Shown here piece by piece: positions 27,516 through 32,000 of a stretch of 32,000 nucleotides of DNA. The position numbers and the translations under genes were made by a program. How positions within the stretch are numbered: the stretch's first letter is position 1; every line of letters starts with the position of its first letter. Location of the stretch: positions 1,320,001-1,352,000 of the forward strand of contig NC_007614.1 in assembly GCF_000196355.1 (NCBI RefSeq), read 5' to 3'. The DNA is from Nitrosospira multiformis ATCC 25196. GTDB taxonomy: Bacteria > Pseudomonadota > Gammaproteobacteria > Burkholderiales > Nitrosomonadaceae. The notes under the pieces were generated by a model. The model searched no databases, had not been told where the DNA came from, and saw nothing but the letters and a program-made list of their open reading frames with translations.

Positions 27516-27624
27516 AAAAAACTTTGTGAAGGTAGCATTTGGGGACAAACCCCCGATACGTATTCCCAATTGCAACATACCTCACCGTCCCTGCAACGAG
27601 AGCGTGATCAAAGTGGAGGGCAGG

Positions 27625-28074
27625 ATGCCTGTGGGTGAAATTTGTAATCGTGATACTGTAATCGTGAAGCGGGATGAGACGATTGGAGAGGCAGCCAAAC
27701 TCATGCGCCAGCACCATGTGGGCGATGTGGTCGTTATCGAAGAGCGGGATGGTCTCAATATTCCCGTCGGAATTGTCACCGATCGCGATCTCGTGGTGGA
27801 AATCATGGCAACCGGATTGGATGCTGTTGTCATCACCGTGGGCGACATCATGGAGCAGGAACTCGTCACCGTGAAAGAAAGCGTGGGGGTATTCGAGGCG
27901 ATTCAATACATGCGCAGCAAGACGGTACGGCGCTTGCCGGTAGTGGGCGAAAATGGCACGCTGGTGGGCATTCTTACGCTCGATGACTTGCTGGAACTCC
28001 TATCGGAAGAATTGCTGGCGATTTCTCGTCTGACAAATTATCAGCGGCAGAGGGAAGCCAGACAGCGGCATTAA
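27625..28074 (+). CDS. CBS domain pair protein
   Basis: MPVGEICNRDTVIVKRDETIGEAAKLMRQHHVGDVVVIEE..PVGIVTDRDLVVEIM and second CBS VKESVGVFEAIQYMRSKTVRRLPVVGENGTLVGILTLDDLLELL. The tracked start at 27442 overlaps the upstream gene and is unlikely; GTG at 27604 is an alternative. Confidence 0.88.
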   Translation: MPVGEICNRDTVIVKRDETIGEAAKLMRQHHVGDVVVIEERDGLNIPVGIVTDRDLVVEIMATGLDAVVITVGDIMEQELVTVKESVGVFEAIQYMRSKTVRRLPVVGENGTLVGILTLDDLLELLSEELLAISRLTNYQRQREARQRH

Positions 28075-28172
28075 AGGATCAACGGGATCAAGGAGCGACT
28101 GGAAATACGCGAACGGAGTTTTCGGCGAGCCGGCCATTGCCAGCTTTTCCCATAATCGAAAGGAGCACGATC

Positions 28173-28685
28173 ATGATGGATTCCGTGAAGAATGCAAGTG
28201 AAAATATCAGCCGGAGACTCAGTCGGACATGGGATCACATTTCAGACGGCTGGCGTGAACTCGTCCACCATGGCAGCGATGCGCTTACGCACTTTGTACA
28301 CCGCAAGGGTGAGGAAGACAAAGGACAGGAGGCCGCTGCCAGCACGCCAGCTTTTCCTCGCTGGAGTATTCTGGCAGGGGATATGGAAGAAACGGACAGG
28401 GAAATCGTGGTACGGATAGAAGTGCCCGGCATGGAGAAAAAAGACTTTGAGATCAGCATAGAGGGCAAGACGCTTTCTCTGAGAGGGGAGAAACGCTTTG
28501 AGCGTGATACAAATGATAGCAAGTATCATGTCATGGAGCGTGCTTACGGCGTTTTTCAACGAACCTTGCCGTTACCGGTCGAGGTGAATGAAGATAAAGC
28601 GGAAGCGGATTACAAGAACGGCGTGCTGACCGTTCGTCTCCCCAAGCTGAATGTTGAAAAGAGAAGATTTATTTCCATATCATGA
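28173..28685 (+). CDS. Hsp20/alpha-crystallin family protein (second paralogue)
   Basis: REIVVRIEVPGMEKKDFEISIEGKTLSLRGEKRFE and YGVFQRTLPLPVEVNEDKAEADYKNGVLTVRLPK. Confidence 0.9.
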   Translation: MMDSVKNASENISRRLSRTWDHISDGWRELVHHGSDALTHFVHRKGEEDKGQEAAASTPAFPRWSILAGDMEETDREIVVRIEVPGMEKKDFEISIEGKTLSLRGEKRFERDTNDSKYHVMERAYGVFQRTLPLPVEVNEDKAEADYKNGVLTVRLPKLNVEKRRFISIS

Positions 28686-29329
28686 CAAGGTGGGATTTTG
28701 CTTTTCAGCGCCGGCGCACCCTGCCGGAAATTATGCTTATCCGCCTGATCGCGGGTGTAATGACCACTATGCTGGCAGCTTCGATCTCCGTAGCGGCTGA
28801 GCCCGACATTCCCTTGAGCCAGAAGGAAAGAAAACCAAAGAAGGAGGCGTCTCGCATGTCTATGGCAATAACATCTTCATCCTTTGCGAATCACGGGGAG
28901 ATTCCTATTCGTCATACCTGCCAGGGACATGATACTTCACCCGAGCTGTTCTGGGAAAATATACCGGAAAATGCGAAAAGCCTGGTTTTGATTGTGGACG
29001 ATCCGGATGCGCCCGATCCTGCCGCTCCCAAGCTGACCTGGGTACACTGGGTGCTATATAACATTCCTCCTGCCGCTCAAGGTTTACCCGAGGGTGTGGC
29101 GGAAGCCGATCTTCCCATTGGAACACTCGGCGGGCTCAATGACTGGCAGCGCACAGGGTATGGCGGGCCCTGCCCCCCTATCGGGAAGCATCGATACTTT
29201 CATAAACTCTACGCGCTGGATATCATGCTTCCGGATCTGAAACATCCCACCAAGGCAATCCTCGAACAGGAGATGCAGGGCCATGTGATCGCGCAATCGG
29301 AACTCGTGGGGCTATATCAGAAGCAATAG
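28682..29329 (+). CDS. YbhB/YbcL family (PEBP-like) protein, probably exported
   Basis: CQGHDTSPELFWENIPENAKSLVLIVDDPDAPDP..WVHWVLYNIP, GPCPPIGKHRYFHKLYALD. ATGA overlap with hsp20; an internal ATG at 28733 would start nearer the hydrophobic leader. Confidence 0.88.
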   Translation: MTRWDFAFQRRRTLPEIMLIRLIAGVMTTMLAASISVAAEPDIPLSQKERKPKKEASRMSMAITSSSFANHGEIPIRHTCQGHDTSPELFWENIPENAKSLVLIVDDPDAPDPAAPKLTWVHWVLYNIPPAAQGLPEGVAEADLPIGTLGGLNDWQRTGYGGPCPPIGKHRYFHKLYALDIMLPDLKHPTKAILEQEMQGHVIAQSELVGLYQKQ

Positions 29330-29378
29330 CTGCTATTGCTTTTTTTCTTTTTTAGGTTCCGGTTCATCCAGCGCGGCT

Positions 29379-29597
29379 ATGTACACTCAAGGGGATAAAC
29401 GCGCAATATGGCATGGGTCGCATCAAGAACCTGGTATCCGGTGGAAATCGAAGATTGATCCGTACACCCTCGACCCGGCATCAAGCAAGTGCTGCACTGT
29501 GCTTTCCCCGTATGCTGCGGTTCGTGATGACAGAAAAGCAAGCGAAGCTGATACCCTGAATACATTGATTGCCATGCTGGGGGGCAGAGGGTCATGA
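29379..29597 (+). CDS. Small hypothetical ORF whose stop overlaps the next start
   Basis: 72 codons, ends with ATGA overlap to the ORF at 29594; no family similarity recognised. Confidence 0.2.
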   Translation: MYTQGDKRAIWHGSHQEPGIRWKSKIDPYTLDPASSKCCTVLSPYAAVRDDRKASEADTLNTLIAMLGGRGS

Positions 29598-30571
29598 AAA
29601 CCCCGCCTGAAGAGCTGTCTGAATTGCGCCGCAAACCCAACCGCGTTTTACCCGTAAAATGGGCGGTGAAGGGCGTAGTCAAAGACTTGAAGTATGCGCG
29701 TGATTTATCCTTCTACCTGCTTAAACGAGAGAAGGCAGATGAAAGGCCGCTGGTGAGGTTATATGAAAAGGCCCTATCTCCCCGTTATGATCGTCCCGTT
29801 TGCCTTTTTTGCAGCTTCGACAAGGATAGCGTTGTCAGGGAGAACGTGTATTACTATCTCAATGCTCTGATGCTGGCCGGTTTCGATATCGTATTCGTCA
29901 GTTCAAGCGGCATGATTTCTGGAAGCGATCTGGAAAAACTGTCTCGATGCTGTATCGCAATAATAAACCGTGAGAACAAAGGCTACGATTTCTATGGGTG
30001 GAAAACGGCTCTGGAAAAATATCCCGAATATCGCGAGCACAGCGGTCTTCTGTTAGCCAACGACAGCGTTCTCGGTCCGCTTTTCAGCATCGATAATATC
30101 ATCGCCAGACTTGAAGGTAGCGAGGCTGATATCGTGGGAATGACGGATTCTTTTCGTTTTTATCCCCACCTGCAGTCCTATTTCCTCTACTGCAAGAAAA
30201 AAACCGTATCCTCCGATGAATTTCTTCGCTTCTTCACGGAAATCGAGGTTCTGGAATTCAAGCCGGCCATTGTTCGCAGATATGAAGTCGGTTTTTCCCG
30301 CTTCCTCAGCCGGCGCTTTCGCCTTGCAGCGCTCTACAGTCTGGGACAGGTTCTTGCTCGAACTGATTACCATCAAAGGCCGCTGCAATGGGTCGAATCG
30401 ACCTTTCACCTGTGGAAGCCGCTTATTGCCGAGTCTGGATTCCCGTTCCTCAAAAAAAGCGTGCTGACAAGAAGAGGTGTGAGCTTGGGGGAAGTTTCAG
30501 CGGTCCTCGCGGAGGCGGGCTCTCCCTACGAGACAGAAATTCTCAACGACTGGATATTGCCCCGCGGATAA
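29594..30571 (+). CDS. Rhamnan synthesis F (RgpF)-like family protein
   Basis: VCLFCSFDKDSVVRENVYYYLNALMLAGFDIVFVSSS, INRENKGYDFYGWKTALE, LLLANDSVLGPLFSIDNII, MTDSFRFYPHLQSYFLYCKK. Confidence 0.8.
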   Translation: MKTPPEELSELRRKPNRVLPVKWAVKGVVKDLKYARDLSFYLLKREKADERPLVRLYEKALSPRYDRPVCLFCSFDKDSVVRENVYYYLNALMLAGFDIVFVSSSGMISGSDLEKLSRCCIAIINRENKGYDFYGWKTALEKYPEYREHSGLLLANDSVLGPLFSIDNIIARLEGSEADIVGMTDSFRFYPHLQSYFLYCKKKTVSSDEFLRFFTEIEVLEFKPAIVRRYEVGFSRFLSRRFRLAALYSLGQVLARTDYHQRPLQWVESTFHLWKPLIAESGFPFLKKSVLTRRGVSLGEVSAVLAEAGSPYETEILNDWILPRG

Positions 30572-30826
30572 GACAGAATTGCTCGACGGCGATTTCCCTT
30601 CGTCATTCCCTTGAAAGCCTCGAAGAAGGAATCCGGAACCCTCGCATACGGATTTGCCCCTTCCGCTGAAGTGACGATCGAGCAACCTGCAAGCGCACTG
30701 CTCACCCTGTTGAGGATCCGCACTCGGGGATTGCAGCAAAAATATCTGGGCTCCGGGACTATAAACCGGATATCCTTCGCCCTTCCACTGTTTTCACTTC
30801 CACTCATAAAGTTACGATCAGCATAG

Positions 30827-31594
30827 ATGTCTTCATTTTTCATGGATGTATTATCCGGATGCGCTGTAGCGCTTTACGGATTGAAGGGCGGTTACACTGA
30901 AGTCAATGTCAAAGGTCAATCCATACGTATCGCGGTGGACAATTTTCGGACGCTCCAGCGAGCAAAAACATATTCAATGAAAGAACCCGATACCCTGGAC
31001 TGGCTTGACGGCTTTGAACCGGGTTCCTGCTTCTTCGATCTGGGAGCGAATATCGGGCAGTATTCCCTGTATCCAGCAAAGAAATACGGGAAGGACATCC
31101 AGGTATACTCGTTCGAGCCCCAGTGCGCCAATTATTATTTATTGAATAAAAACATCTACCTCAACAAGCTCGATAAAAATATTACCGCCTATTGCGTAGC
31201 TGTTTCCGGAGAGGAAGGCTTTTCGAAACTTTATATTCCCAAATTCATAGGCGGTGGAAACCGCTCCCAGTTCGGAAAGGAAGATTTGAAGAATATGAAA
31301 AAATCCGCCGCGCATATTCAGGGCATGTTCGGCGTGACACTCGACGACTTATGCTCCAAATGGGGATTTCCCTATCCCAACTACATCAAGATCGATGTGG
31401 ATGGCATCGAGCTGGCTATCATCCGGGGTGGCGGGAATGTGCTCAGGAATCCGGCGCTGAGATCCGTCATCGTCGAGCTGGGAACAATCGAGGAGCAGCA
31501 GGAAGCGGTAGCGCTAATGGAGCAGGCAGGTTTGAAAGTCAGATTCAAAACCACCCGGAATTGGGGTGAAACCTGCTTTGTGTTCGCGAAATAG
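30827..31594 (+). CDS. FkbM family methyltransferase
   Basis: GSCFFDLGANIGQYSLYPAKKYGKDIQVYSFEPQCANYYLLNKNIYLN and YIKIDVDGIELAIIRGGGNVLRNPALRSVIVEL. Confidence 0.88.
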   Translation: MSSFFMDVLSGCAVALYGLKGGYTEVNVKGQSIRIAVDNFRTLQRAKTYSMKEPDTLDWLDGFEPGSCFFDLGANIGQYSLYPAKKYGKDIQVYSFEPQCANYYLLNKNIYLNKLDKNITAYCVAVSGEEGFSKLYIPKFIGGGNRSQFGKEDLKNMKKSAAHIQGMFGVTLDDLCSKWGFPYPNYIKIDVDGIELAIIRGGGNVLRNPALRSVIVELGTIEEQQEAVALMEQAGLKVRFKTTRNWGETCFVFAK

Positions 31595-31747
31595 GGTTGA
31601 TCATCTCTTCTTTGCCGAAGCGCCGATACACTTGTCTCTGAGCCTGGCGAACGAGCGTGTCCCGGGCACTGCACGCCCCCTCGATCCTTCGACGACTCCG
31701 GAGCAAGGGAACGGAGACGAAAGCTCAGGCAGGCATTCGTTGACCGC

Positions 31748-31999
31748 TCAGCGGGAAACGAAAACCGCTTCCCTGTGAGACAAGGGGGGAGTATCCCGCT
31801 CCGCAGGTGCATAACGGGCTGCCTCCGCCGGCTGCACCCGTTCCGCTTTTCCTTTGGAAAGCGCAAAAATCACATCCGCTGCGTTGATTAGCGCTGGCTG
31901 GTGGGAGACGGCAACAACCGTGAGCTCCTGTGTGAGGTTTCGCAGGGTTTCACAGACAAGTCGCTCACTTTCCGGATCGAGCGCACTCGTCGGTTCATC
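31748..31999 (-). CDS. C-terminal end of an ABC transporter ATP-binding protein (truncated by window edge)
   Basis: Minus strand DEPTSALDPESERLVCETLRNLTQELTVVAVSHQPALINAADVIFALSKGKAERVQPAE...VFVSR*; Walker B tail, D-loop and switch His. Absent from the ORF track because its start lies outside the window. Confidence 0.85.
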   Translation of the reverse strand, partial: DEPTSALDPESERLVCETLRNLTQELTVVAVSHQPALINAADVIFALSKGKAERVQPAEAARYAPAERDTPPLSHREAVFVSR

Positions 32000-32000
32000 C

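Noticed and set aside
27442-27624. Tracked 5' extension of the CBS protein (MHIRAIWNFTITRKS...)
   Set aside because: Overlaps the end of the BCAM0308-like gene in another frame; the CBS domain begins just after the ATG at 27625.

Overview
This 32 kb window looks like a betaproteobacterial, possibly Nitrosospira-like, chromosomal segment; that lineage is an inference from protein character only. Main contents in order: end of a probable sulfite/nitrite reductase; APS-type cysH, cysD and cysN; a ~1190-aa multidomain FAD/Fe-S oxidoreductase; a split proton-translocating transhydrogenase (alpha-1, alpha-2, beta); dienelactone hydrolase; alanine dehydrogenase; YbaL/KefB-type antiporter; ArsC/Spx-fold protein; small Cys-rich secreted protein; a GlrK-lipoprotein-GlrR (QseE-G-F-like) set; alpha/beta hydrolase; erythromycin esterase family protein; an AT-richer orphan ORF; a secreted Kazal-domain protein; two Hsp20 genes with BCAM0308-like, CBS-pair and PEBP genes; an RgpF-like glycan protein; FkbM methyltransferase; and the end of an ABC transporter ATPase. 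No tRNA, rRNA, CRISPR array or intact IS was recognised. The most interesting non-obvious content is three decayed gene remnants in apparent intergenic DNA: a LodA/GoxA-like oxidase (N- and C-terminal parts joined, minus strand), a phosphoribosyltransferase N-terminus with a 1-nt insertion, and a PEP-CTERM protein. I did not find strong evidence for a wholly new system. The best candidates for undescribed function are the large oxidoreductase, the 355-aa orphan and the stress island at about 21-29 kb.
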